Assembly: GCA_001797745.1 (NCBI GenBank)
Contig: MGQF01000050.1
Span: forward strand, 77,226-113,210
Origin: Deltaproteobacteria bacterium RBG_13_52_11
GTDB lineage: Bacteria; Desulfobacterota; B13-G15; RBG-16-54-18
Reading direction: 5' to 3'
Length of the DNA: 35,985 nt
Both the position numbers and the translations under genes were made by a program. This document shows positions 1-7,635 of the stretch, piece by piece. Position 1 is the first letter of the stretch. Every line of letters starts with the position of its first letter. A model generated the notes under the pieces. It was not told where the DNA came from and did no database searches. It worked only from the letters and a program-made list of their open reading frames with translations.

Positions 1-357
1 AACGCGGCGGGGAACGGGCCCTCAACGCATATCGGTAATGCCTGGAATGAGAACCTTCTGTTCCAGGCATGGTACAAGCTAGGATTACGGGTTATAGATA
101 TCAAGGATCCGTATCATCCTGTTGAGGTCGGCCATTATGTAGGTCCGGATATCGGCCAGTGGACCGGCGCTGAGATGGGGCCTCCTGGGGGCAAACTCGT
201 TTCAGAATACAGAAAATATGTCGATACGTATGATGTGGTTTTTGGAACAGACGGGCTGCTTTACGTCTCCGATGGAGCAGGCGGCGGTCTTCGGGTACTC
301 AGATACACAGGCCCGGGCATGAACTCTCCAAAAGACACTGCTAAGGACAAGAAATAA
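1..357 (+). CDS. C-terminal fragment of an LVIVD-repeat-like beta-propeller protein (5' end lies outside the window)
   Basis: Frame 1 is open from base 1 to the TAA at 355-357. The translation contains GLRVIDIKDPYHPVEVG and GGLRVLRYTG, which resemble LVIVD-type repeats. The listed ORF 175-357 is only the part after an internal Met. Confidence 0.45.
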   Translation, partial: NAAGNGPSTHIGNAWNENLLFQAWYKLGLRVIDIKDPYHPVEVGHYVGPDIGQWTGAEMGPPGGKLVSEYRKYVDTYDVVFGTDGLLYVSDGAGGGLRVLRYTGPGMNSPKDTAKDKK

Positions 358-372
358 AGTCCCCCTTTCTAT

Positions 373-1182
373 TTATTCAGCCGTTGAAGAAGGGCGTCTT
401 GCCCTTATATATCGAACACCTGTCCATATCAGCACCGCCACGAAAATAATGCGCAATACAGCATCGGAGAGTGCGTGAGCGAGTGTCCCTCCCAGGTAAG
501 TCCCGATGAGAATTCCAGGAATCAGCCCCAGGAGAAGATTAACCCTGACGTTTCCAAGCCGCCAGTGCGTATAAGCTCCCGCACCGCCTGAAGGCACCAT
601 TGCAAGGAGTGAGCTTCCCTGTGCCGTGTGCTGTGAAAAACCGGCAAACAGGACCATCACGGGCACCATAATGGATCCGCCGCCCACGCCCATCATACCG
701 GACAGAAATCCGGTAAATGCCCCGGTCAATAACAGTACCATAACCTTCATTAATCCCCCCTCCGTAGCATGGATATGGGGAAGATAGGGTTTGGAAAGCA
801 GCAGGATAGAAACAAAAACCAGAAAGCAGCCGAAGAAGCGCTTCAACTTCCACTCGGGAAGTGAATGCGCAAAATGAGCGCCGGCGCTGGCAGTCACCAC
901 CGCCGTTGCTGCCAACAAAAGAGAGGCCGTTACATCAACGGAACCATACATCCCGTAGGCAACAGCACCCGATATTCCCGTGAATACAAGGACCACTAGA
1001 CTCGTTCCATGTGCGGTGTGCTGATCGAGCTTAAGAATGCCGACCATGAGCGGGATCATGATGACACCGCCGCCGAGTCCGACGAGGCCTCCGAATGTAC
1101 CTGCCAATAAACCTATAAGAAAGCTTATGGTATAATTTAATAAAAGTGAAATGTTAGGTGTACGTTTGGGGATATGCTCCAT
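373..1182 (-). CDS. TauE/SafE (DUF81) family anion/sulfite exporter-like membrane protein
   Basis: 269 aa and highly hydrophobic. It has two internal halves, each with a GLxGxGGG(V/S)IM(I/V)P motif typical of the TauE/SafE family. Confidence 0.85.
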   Translation of the reverse strand: MEHIPKRTPNISLLLNYTISFLIGLLAGTFGGLVGLGGGVIMIPLMVGILKLDQHTAHGTSLVVLVFTGISGAVAYGMYGSVDVTASLLLAATAVVTASAGAHFAHSLPEWKLKRFFGCFLVFVSILLLSKPYLPHIHATEGGLMKVMVLLLTGAFTGFLSGMMGVGGGSIMVPVMVLFAGFSQHTAQGSSLLAMVPSGGAGAYTHWRLGNVRVNLLLGLIPGILIGTYLGGTLAHALSDAVLRIIFVAVLIWTGVRYIRARRPSSTAE

Positions 1183-1340
1183 GACAATGTATTCGCTATA
1201 AAAATGCCATTAAAACAAACAGGCCGGTAGTTTCCAATGTTTTTCTTTAAAAATTTACTTTTATTTATCATATTTGCTGCGGGACTTGAACAAAAAATAA
1301 TTGCTTCTCATATAATCCATTCTACTAGAATGAATGTTCG

Positions 1341-2378
1341 CTAAAGTCTCAACAGCCTTTGTGCGTTCAAGTAACAAATTTTTTTCTTATCGGTGTCACG
1401 TAACGGTAGTGATTCAACAACCTGCGCCGCTTCTCTGCTTGATTCGTACGGATAGTCCGTAGCGAATAATACCTTATCGGTTCCCAGCACTGAGCATACA
1501 AATTGAAGCACAGGCTGCCAATACATCCCGCTAGTCGTAACATAAAAGTTATCTCTGAAGCACTGGGCCGGGCTCTTTCCAAAATCCTTATAGAAGGCAG
1601 CAGACGCTGGGTCCTTTTTCTCTTCCAGAAACCGGCTATCCATGCGCCACAGCCAGAAAGGCAACGCCTCCCCTAAGTGACCAAGGATAATCTTCAATCC
1701 GGGGTACTTATCAAAGACGCCACTCAATATGAGACGCATGGCATGTAAACTGGCTTCGGCGGCAAATCCCAACAAGGCACTCGCTAATCCCGGGTAGGTT
1801 AAGTAAGGCTTAATCATATCGGGAGATGGCATTTTTGGATGGATGTATATCGGTACATCCAGTTTTTCCGCCTGCTCGAATATGGGCCAGTATTTCCGAT
1901 CGTCAAGATATTCTCCCCTGATGTGTCCGTTTACCACTGCCCCCTTCAACCCCAGCTTTATTACCGCTCGCTCGAGCTCATCAGCGGCTGCATCGGGATC
2001 CTGAGGGGCTATGGCGGCAAATCCGGCGAATCTTTTCGGATAGCGCGCTACTACACTGGACAGCTCGTCATTGATGCTTCTGGCCATAGCGGTGCCGTCT
2101 GAGGCGTCAAACATCTCAACCCCCGGGAAGGAGATTGAAAGTACCTGCATGTCGATACCGGCTTCATCCATCCGCTTCAACCGCCCTTCTCCCAAATCGG
2201 TGAGCGGGTTTGGTCGATCAGGGTCCAACAAACGGAAGCTAGTTGGCGACCACCAGTCCCTGACAAATCTTTTCCCTCCTTCTTCAATCAACTCCCGCCT
2301 CGGCCAATCTTTTCTGGAGTACAAATACTTTACATACTCCTCGGTATGGAAGTGCTCTTCTATGGCAATCTTTTTCAC
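1341..2378 (-). CDS. Amidohydrolase-2 (ACMSD / LigW / gamma-resorcylate decarboxylase) family enzyme, putative non-oxidative hydroxybenzoate decarboxylase
   Basis: The N-terminus KKIAIEEHF is the hallmark metal-binding start of the LigW/gamma-RSD-type amidohydrolase_2 family. The length (~345 aa) and a C-terminal FATDYPYE motif also fit. The ORF is open to a TTG at 2396, but the GTG at 2376-2378 preceded by AAGGGGG is the more likely start. Confidence 0.8.
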   Translation of the reverse strand: MKKIAIEEHFHTEEYVKYLYSRKDWPRRELIEEGGKRFVRDWWSPTSFRLLDPDRPNPLTDLGEGRLKRMDEAGIDMQVLSISFPGVEMFDASDGTAMARSINDELSSVVARYPKRFAGFAAIAPQDPDAAADELERAVIKLGLKGAVVNGHIRGEYLDDRKYWPIFEQAEKLDVPIYIHPKMPSPDMIKPYLTYPGLASALLGFAAEASLHAMRLILSGVFDKYPGLKIILGHLGEALPFWLWRMDSRFLEEKKDPASAAFYKDFGKSPAQCFRDNFYVTTSGMYWQPVLQFVCSVLGTDKVLFATDYPYESSREAAQVVESLPLRDTDKKKICYLNAQRLLRL

Positions 2379-2446
2379 AACAACCCCCTTTCGCAATTAT
2401 CTGCCTGGGCATATCGAAATGTCGAGACTATATCCCAGAACGGCCG

Positions 2447-2472
2447 TAATTACTCAGGCGTCTGAGTAATTA
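2447..2472 (-). promoter_or_regulatory. Perfect 11-bp inverted repeat TAATTACTCAG-N4-CTGAGTAATTA (candidate operator or intercistronic hairpin)
   Basis: Read directly from the sequence. It lies between the stop of the 4-Cys ORF (2485) and the decarboxylase start, about 70 bp upstream of that start. No U-tract follows on the transcribed strand. Confidence 0.4.
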
Positions 2473-2484
2473 GCCAACAGAGGA

Positions 2485-2781
2485 TCAGAGTTCTACCTGA
2501 TCAAGTTTCTCGCCGATGTATTCGTAACCGCAAGAACAGGTGAAATGATCCATGGTGATATTGTATAGACCAGGTGGAACGCTATGATCATTAATTACTT
2601 TGTTGGCAAACTCCTTCCCCCCCGCTTCCGCATACAGTGGTGCCTTGAAGGACTTTCTATTAAGTTTGCTCATGCATGTGGGGCATTTCCATCGTACAAG
2701 ACCCTGCTTTGGCGGCAGCGACGACTCACCACTTTTGCTACGCTCATATAGTTTTTTGACCATCTCAATCTCTGTCTTCAT
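2485..2781 (-). CDS. Small 4-Cys (CPTC...CSCG) zinc-ribbon-like hypothetical protein
   Basis: 98-aa ORF packed between dctM and the decarboxylase on the same strand. It has two CxxC-type pairs (CPTC and CSC). I recognise no family. Confidence 0.5.
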   Translation of the reverse strand: MKTEIEMVKKLYERSKSGESSLPPKQGLVRWKCPTCMSKLNRKSFKAPLYAEAGGKEFANKVINDHSVPPGLYNITMDHFTCSCGYEYIGEKLDQVEL

Positions 2782-2806
2782 TTTCTCATCCTTCCAGAAT
2801 TCATCT

Positions 2807-4105
2807 CTATTGCATCATCCTCACGAGGTAGAGTGAAAGGCTAGGGAACGCGACGAGAAGTGCCACATTGATGACATCCGCAATTAAGAAGGGGATCACA
2901 CCACGATACACAGTGCTCAGCGGGACACCGCTGAGCCCGCTTATGAGAAAGATGTTATTGCCTACTGGCGGAGATATCGATCCTATAGCGATCATCCTGA
3001 CTATTATTACCCCATACCAGATAGGATCAAAACCCAGGGCAACGACAAGTGGATAGATTATGGGAATTGTCAGCATAACCAGCGGCAGCTCCGGTAGGGG
3101 ACCTCCAAGAACTAAATACATTAGTATTATAGCTATCATAACTACAATTGCCGGAAGATGGAGCCCAACAACCCACTCACTCATTGCAAATGGCAAGCGG
3201 CTCAAGGCCATGAAATGCATAAACATGAAAGTCCCTACCAGCATCAGCAATATCATGCCGGTCATCACCACTGTTTCCTTAAAAGAATTGACCAACCTCT
3301 TAACCGTAAGCTGCCTGCCGATGGCTGCGATAACGATAGATCCAAAGGCACCGACCGCTCCCGCTTCTGTTGGAGTAAAAACGCCCAGATATATCCCTCC
3401 TATTACTGCTATGAACAATGTTATAGTTGCCCAAGCATTTTTTAGCGAAAATACCTTTTCTTTTAAACTCGTCTTCGGTCCAGCCGGTCCCATGCTGGGA
3501 TTCATTCGACAGACTATGTAAATGGTAGCCATATAGAAGAGCGCCTGAATCACCCCGGGAATAATGCCGGCAACATAAAGTTTCCCTATAGACTGCTCCG
3601 TCAATATGCCGTACATCACAAAGGCGATACTCGGAGGTATCAGAATATCCATACTGGCCGAACAGGATATCGTGGCCGTAGAAAGCCCATCGTCGTAACC
3701 ATATTTTCTCATCTCAGGCAAGGCAGTCTTAGAGAATACTATTATGCCTGTCCACGCCGTACCGCTAATTGCTGAGAGAAAAGCACAGGCAACTACGGTA
3801 GCTGATGCTAAACCGCCCCGCAATTGGCCGATGCACTTATGTGCGCTGTAGTATAGATCAGAACCTATGCCGGTTTTTGATATGACATATCCCATCAGAA
3901 CAAACATTGGCATGACGGATATAGTGTAGAAAGCGATATTCTCATAGGGTATCGCACCTGCCATATTTAAGGCTTGTCCAAAACCCCTGATGCAGAACAC
4001 ACCCAGAAAACCCACAATTCCCATCGCCAGGCCAATCCACATGCCGGTGGCAAGTAAAAAAAGCATTACCATGACGCCAATAAGACCTACAAGTTCCGGA
4101 CTCAT
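2807..4105 (-). CDS. dctM: TRAP transporter large permease subunit
   Basis: 432-aa polytopic membrane protein with DctM-type motifs (IPPS, FTPTEAGAVGA, GFDPIWYGV). Its start overlaps the dctQ stop by 4 nt. Confidence 0.9.
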   Translation of the reverse strand: MSPELVGLIGVMVMLFLLATGMWIGLAMGIVGFLGVFCIRGFGQALNMAGAIPYENIAFYTISVMPMFVLMGYVISKTGIGSDLYYSAHKCIGQLRGGLASATVVACAFLSAISGTAWTGIIVFSKTALPEMRKYGYDDGLSTATISCSASMDILIPPSIAFVMYGILTEQSIGKLYVAGIIPGVIQALFYMATIYIVCRMNPSMGPAGPKTSLKEKVFSLKNAWATITLFIAVIGGIYLGVFTPTEAGAVGAFGSIVIAAIGRQLTVKRLVNSFKETVVMTGMILLMLVGTFMFMHFMALSRLPFAMSEWVVGLHLPAIVVMIAIILMYLVLGGPLPELPLVMLTIPIIYPLVVALGFDPIWYGVIIVRMIAIGSISPPVGNNIFLISGLSGVPLSTVYRGVIPFLIADVINVALLVAFPSLSLYLVRMMQ

Positions 4106-4575
4106 GCTTTAAAAACCTCTATTACTTTCTGCGCACAAATAACAATCATGGAAAAAAAGAGAAGGATAAAGCCCATGGCCACAATTACATAAAAGGGGTA
4201 TATAGGAACGTCAAGCGTCGGCGATCTGACATCGTTTTGTATCATAAAAAGACATGCCATAAAGGCTCGCCATCCCATAATGATTACCAGCCATGATCCG
4301 GCAAATATCGTGATGGCATCAAAAAGCGCCTGCCCTTTTGGTGTAAGCCGCTCCGTCAGTATGTCTACGCGTATATGCCTATTCGCCATGGCTGCCGGCA
4401 CTATACCCACGATTAAGATCACCATCATAAACTCGATCATCTCGGTTGAGCCTGTGATGGGGCGGGTAAATACATAACGCATAAAGACATCGGTCACGGT
4501 GAGCATCATGATCATCCCCACCGTGACCATGGCTGTATACGACGCCACCCGGCTGAGAAAGTTCATTACTTTCAT
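4102..4575 (-). CDS. dctQ: TRAP transporter small permease subunit
   Basis: 157 aa with four predicted TM segments, immediately upstream of dctM and translationally coupled to it. Confidence 0.85.
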   Translation of the reverse strand: MKVMNFLSRVASYTAMVTVGMIMMLTVTDVFMRYVFTRPITGSTEMIEFMMVILIVGIVPAAMANRHIRVDILTERLTPKGQALFDAITIFAGSWLVIIMGWRAFMACLFMIQNDVRSPTLDVPIYPFYVIVAMGFILLFFSMIVICAQKVIEVFKA

Positions 4576-4677
4576 TACTTTTTCTTCTCAAGTAGCTTTA
4601 TAGTTTACCTCCGGCGAGCTGAACCGCACAGCCGCCGCTTGCCGGCTGGCGGAGTCAGACGGCGAGGCGAGGCACCA

Positions 4678-4719
4678 GCACCTGTTGAGCGGCGTGTTTA
4701 CGCGCCGCTCAACAGGTGC
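4678..4719 (-). other. Perfect 17-bp stem / 8-nt loop hairpin in the dctP-dctQ spacer
   Basis: GCACCTGTTGAGCGGCG-tgtttacg-CGCCGCTCAACAGGTGC, read directly. It sits in a GC-rich ~170-bp insert within the 247-bp intercistronic gap. There is no U-tract. Confidence 0.6.
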
Positions 4720-4737
4720 ACAAGAAACGCTGCCAGA

Positions 4738-4782
4738 GGCAGGTGGGTATGCTATAAAGCTTTTCGAGCACACCCACCTGCC
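4738..4782 (-). other. Second hairpin (11-bp stem, 23-nt loop) in the dctP-dctQ spacer
   Basis: GGCAGGTGGGT ... ACCCACCTGCC, read directly. It lies 40 nt downstream of the dctP stop on the mRNA strand. Confidence 0.5.
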
Positions 4783-4822
4783 GATTGAATACAACGTTAA
4801 GGTTTAATCTGAGCTCTCTTAT

Positions 4823-5875
4823 TTATTGATACTTCTTTATGAGTTTTTTGTATTCTTCATAAATTGCCTTAGCCGGCCTGCCCTTGGCCTCATTGTCTGT
4901 TATCCATTCCTGATGAACGGGTGCGGCAGCATCGGCCCACAGTTTCACTTCTTCTGGTGTCAGGTACGTAATCGTGTGCTTGGCCTCTCGAGCTACGTTC
5001 ATTGCCTTCTGGATTTCAGTCATATCCATCTTGATGGTCTCTTTCTGATACCAGGCGCTTGCTTCCTCGAATATTTTCTTTATATCCGCTGGGAGCTTGT
5101 TCCATGTGTCTTTGTTGACAATTAGCTGATCCATGCCCGCATCGATACCGGTGTAATCATTGCTACCGACGACAAGGTGGTACTTGAACGATGGAATGGT
5201 GCCGAATATCATCGCCACAGGGAAATGGTTTACCCATCCCTCGACCACGTTCGTGCTGAGAGATACGGCAATATCGGTGGGAGGTATGGGCGTTGCTGCT
5301 CCACCCTGCTGGGTAATGACCTTGGATATCAAGGCGGAAGAAATGGCAAGCTTCATACCTTTTACATCAGCCGGCAACTTCACCATCTTCTTGGTCGTAT
5401 GGATTTGATCGGGAGGCATCATCCTGCATGCGAGCAGTTTGACGTCGGCCCACTCGTTTTTGATAGCGGGAAACTTGTTGTAGAGTTTCCACCAGATCTT
5501 GGTGCCTGCAGTCATAGACGGAATACCCATGAACGGCAGGTAGGGAACGCTATAGGAAAGGGGCATATAGGATGCGATGCTGAGTGGACCCAGTTGGGCC
5601 ACGTCCGCAGTCCCGGTCTTTATTGCCTTTACCTGTTCAGGAATCGGTACTAACGTACCGGCCCAGTAATAGATGAACTTGACTCTGCCGTCGCTCTTCT
5701 GTTCAATCATGTCACCCCATGCCTTGGCCATCTTGCCAATTCCGGAAGCTGCCGGACTGGTATGAGAGTAGATAAGCTCAATGGGTTTTGTCGGTGCCGG
5801 CTGTGCATGTGCAGCCACAAGGGAAAGGGTGAAAACTACCAGTACCGCCATGCTGATTAATAGACTCTTTTTCAT
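4823..5875 (-). CDS. dctP: TRAP transporter periplasmic substrate-binding protein (DctP type)
   Basis: 350 aa with an N-terminal signal peptide (MKKSLLISMAVLVVFTLSLVAAHA). It is the first gene of the P-Q-M array. Confidence 0.88.
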   Translation of the reverse strand: MKKSLLISMAVLVVFTLSLVAAHAQPAPTKPIELIYSHTSPAASGIGKMAKAWGDMIEQKSDGRVKFIYYWAGTLVPIPEQVKAIKTGTADVAQLGPLSIASYMPLSYSVPYLPFMGIPSMTAGTKIWWKLYNKFPAIKNEWADVKLLACRMMPPDQIHTTKKMVKLPADVKGMKLAISSALISKVITQQGGAATPIPPTDIAVSLSTNVVEGWVNHFPVAMIFGTIPSFKYHLVVGSNDYTGIDAGMDQLIVNKDTWNKLPADIKKIFEEASAWYQKETIKMDMTEIQKAMNVAREAKHTITYLTPEEVKLWADAAAPVHQEWITDNEAKGRPAKAIYEEYKKLIKKYQ

Positions 5876-6061
5876 TTTTCCGACCTCCTCGAAGGATGCT
5901 TCAAAAAAAACAGGATCTATTGAGCATTTTTAGCTATAGCTTAAGTGATCCCGGTTTTTCACGCCTCCTTCATTTTTTCGATTTTCCATTATGGATAACC
6001 TTCTTAACATTAATTTGCACTTTGAATGCCTTTAAGATCCTCACCTCCCTTCCAAGATATT

Positions 6062-6543
6062 TCATGTGCCGGACGCTTTTATATAATCCGCGGCTTTTCC
6101 CCCGGCTATGCGGCCGCTGTTCAGGGCAAAGCCCATTGTATTGCCCGGTAGGACAAAGACATAGGTGTCGCCGTATGGCGAAATGTCTCCGAGAGTTTGG
6201 GATCCAATTCACCGGGCATGATGTAAATCAATTCCATACCCATTTCCGAAGGTGCTGCCCCCCACCTCCCAGGCCATGCGAATACATCCCCTTCCAGACC
6301 GGGGATTCTGAAAGAATGCAAATCACGGCCCCACGCATATCCAGTATACTTTTTAATTATTTCGGGGTTGTCGCCAAATCCACCGGTCGCGATGGTCACG
6401 GCTTTGGCAGTGGCCTCAATGGGTTCCCCGGATCTATCATCTTCCGCCACGACGCCTGTAATTCAGTCCCCTTGTTTCAGGATTTTCTTGACCGGGTTTT
6501 TCAGAAAAATCCGGATCCCCATTTCTTTCGCTCTTTCAGTCAT
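6062..6543 (-). pseudogene. Decayed remnant of an FAD-dependent oxidoreductase (FAD_binding_2 / fumarate-reductase-flavoprotein/KstD-like)
   Basis: The minus-strand translation gives MTERAKEMGIRIFLKNPVKKILKQGD*ITGVVAEDDRSGEPIEATAKAVTIATGGFGDNPEII..., with an in-frame TGA at 6463-6465. A typical C-terminus, GFALNSGRIAGGKAADYIKASGT*, follows in a different frame and ends at 6062. The N-terminal GxGxxG domain and most of the middle are absent. Confidence 0.6.
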
Positions 6544-7223
6544 GATTTTATACCTATTTCCCGCACACCCAACCCTCTTAAAATAAAATCAACGAGGGAA
6601 TCCACATGCTTCTTGTTTGGCTTATCCCTTAAGGTCCAACCTCTTAACGCCAGAAAGGCCAGGAGATAACTAATTACACTGCTCAAAAAGTCCGAATCGC
6701 CTTTGATTGACGTTGTTTTTTTTACCTCCTCTAAGAGGCTACGCCAGAAGCCAACCACGTTTTGATAGTCCATATCCAGAACGATTCGTAAGTGCTTCTT
6801 ATCTAGGTATTTGCTTTCTGAATATATAAATTGAACGTGCTTTTTATTTTCAATCATAAACAATAGGGTATAATGGAGAGCCTCAGTCAACTTTTCCACG
6901 GGATCGTCGATTTTTTCAAAGTCGGATTTTTTTAAATAATTGTACCAGACCTTCTGCATGTGTTTATGCACCAAATACAACACGTCATCTTTAGAAGAAA
7001 TATAATGATAGAGCTGTCCAATGGACATGCCGCATGCCTTTGCTATCTCGCGGGTGGTCGTCGGATGGTATCCCTTCTCGAAAAATATCTTGGAGGCCCC
7101 ATCCACGATCTGTTGATGCCTCTTTTCAATCAACGAAGAATCCTGAGTAGAGGCAAAACCCAGATCTTTTGAGAATACCTCACTCTGGTTTTTAGTAATC
7201 AAGCCTTTTGGGGTCTTGGCCAT
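6540..7223 (-). CDS. TetR/AcrR family transcriptional regulator
   Basis: 227 aa. The N-terminal HTH region (GYHPTTTREIAKACGMSIGQLYHYISSKDDVL) is typical of TetR_N. Confidence 0.9.
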   Translation of the reverse strand: MAKTPKGLITKNQSEVFSKDLGFASTQDSSLIEKRHQQIVDGASKIFFEKGYHPTTTREIAKACGMSIGQLYHYISSKDDVLYLVHKHMQKVWYNYLKKSDFEKIDDPVEKLTEALHYTLLFMIENKKHVQFIYSESKYLDKKHLRIVLDMDYQNVVGFWRSLLEEVKKTTSIKGDSDFLSSVISYLLAFLALRGWTLRDKPNKKHVDSLVDFILRGLGVREIGIKS

Positions 7224-7338
7224 GGGAATCCCTACAGTTTGTTACAGATTCATATTAGATCAAACGCTCGACCTATTACTATCAAAGGAATTTTCCCCTG
7301 TCAAGGTTTTTTCAGTTCCTTTTTAATGCTATAAAAAA

Positions 7339-7600
7339 GGTAAGGTTTGCAGTTTCGGACCTACTATTTTGATACCGTATTGTCATTAAACGCCCTTCTT
7401 GTTCTCTGAAATTCGCTATTCTGTGATTGTAGCGCCAGCCGTATTCCCCAAGGGATTATGAAGGGGGTAACTATCTTCTGATACCACCTTTGGCACCACT
7501 TTGTGTTTAATGACCAGTACTTACTGCTTGAACATCGTAGGCATTGCAATTTCATACCTACATTAAGTACCATTGTAGGTCCGAAATTGCAAACGTTACC
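7339..7600. mobile_element. MITE-like non-autonomous element with 26-bp terminal inverted repeats
   Basis: The left end is GGTAAGGTTTGCAGTTTCGGACCTAC (7339-7364). The reverse complement of the right end (7575-7600) is GGTAACGTTTGCAATTTCGGACCTAC, matching at 24 of 26 positions. Sequences related to the left end recur at 9634 and 19625. I saw no clear target-site duplication. Confidence 0.45.
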
Positions 7601-7635
7601 CTCCTCGATTATGACATTACAACCGGCAAGGTCTT

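Noticed and set aside
4588-4794. 68-aa minus-strand ORF in the dctP-dctQ spacer
   Set aside because: It is composed almost entirely of the two GC-rich hairpins. An ORF with palindrome-derived, Ala/Ser/Arg/Pro-rich sequence is most likely non-coding.
6463-6465. In-frame TGA inside the FAD-oxidoreductase-like reading frame, considered as a possible selenocysteine codon
   Set aside because: The surrounding gene lacks its N-terminal FAD-binding domain, changes frame and has large deletions. The TGA does not fall at a redox-active Cys position. A nonsense mutation in a pseudogene is the simpler explanation.
5896-6669. 257-aa plus-strand ORF
   Set aside because: It lies antisense to the flavoprotein relic and to the 3' end of the TetR gene. 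It has Cys/Arg/Pro-rich low-complexity composition, no recognisable family and no RBS. It is probably an antisense artefact.
7364-7573. 69-aa minus-strand ORF filling the interior of the MITE-like element
   Set aside because: The composition is Trp/Cys/Gln-rich and odd, there is no RBS and no family resemblance. MITE interiors often carry chance ORFs. It would only be worth revisiting if conserved across element copies.
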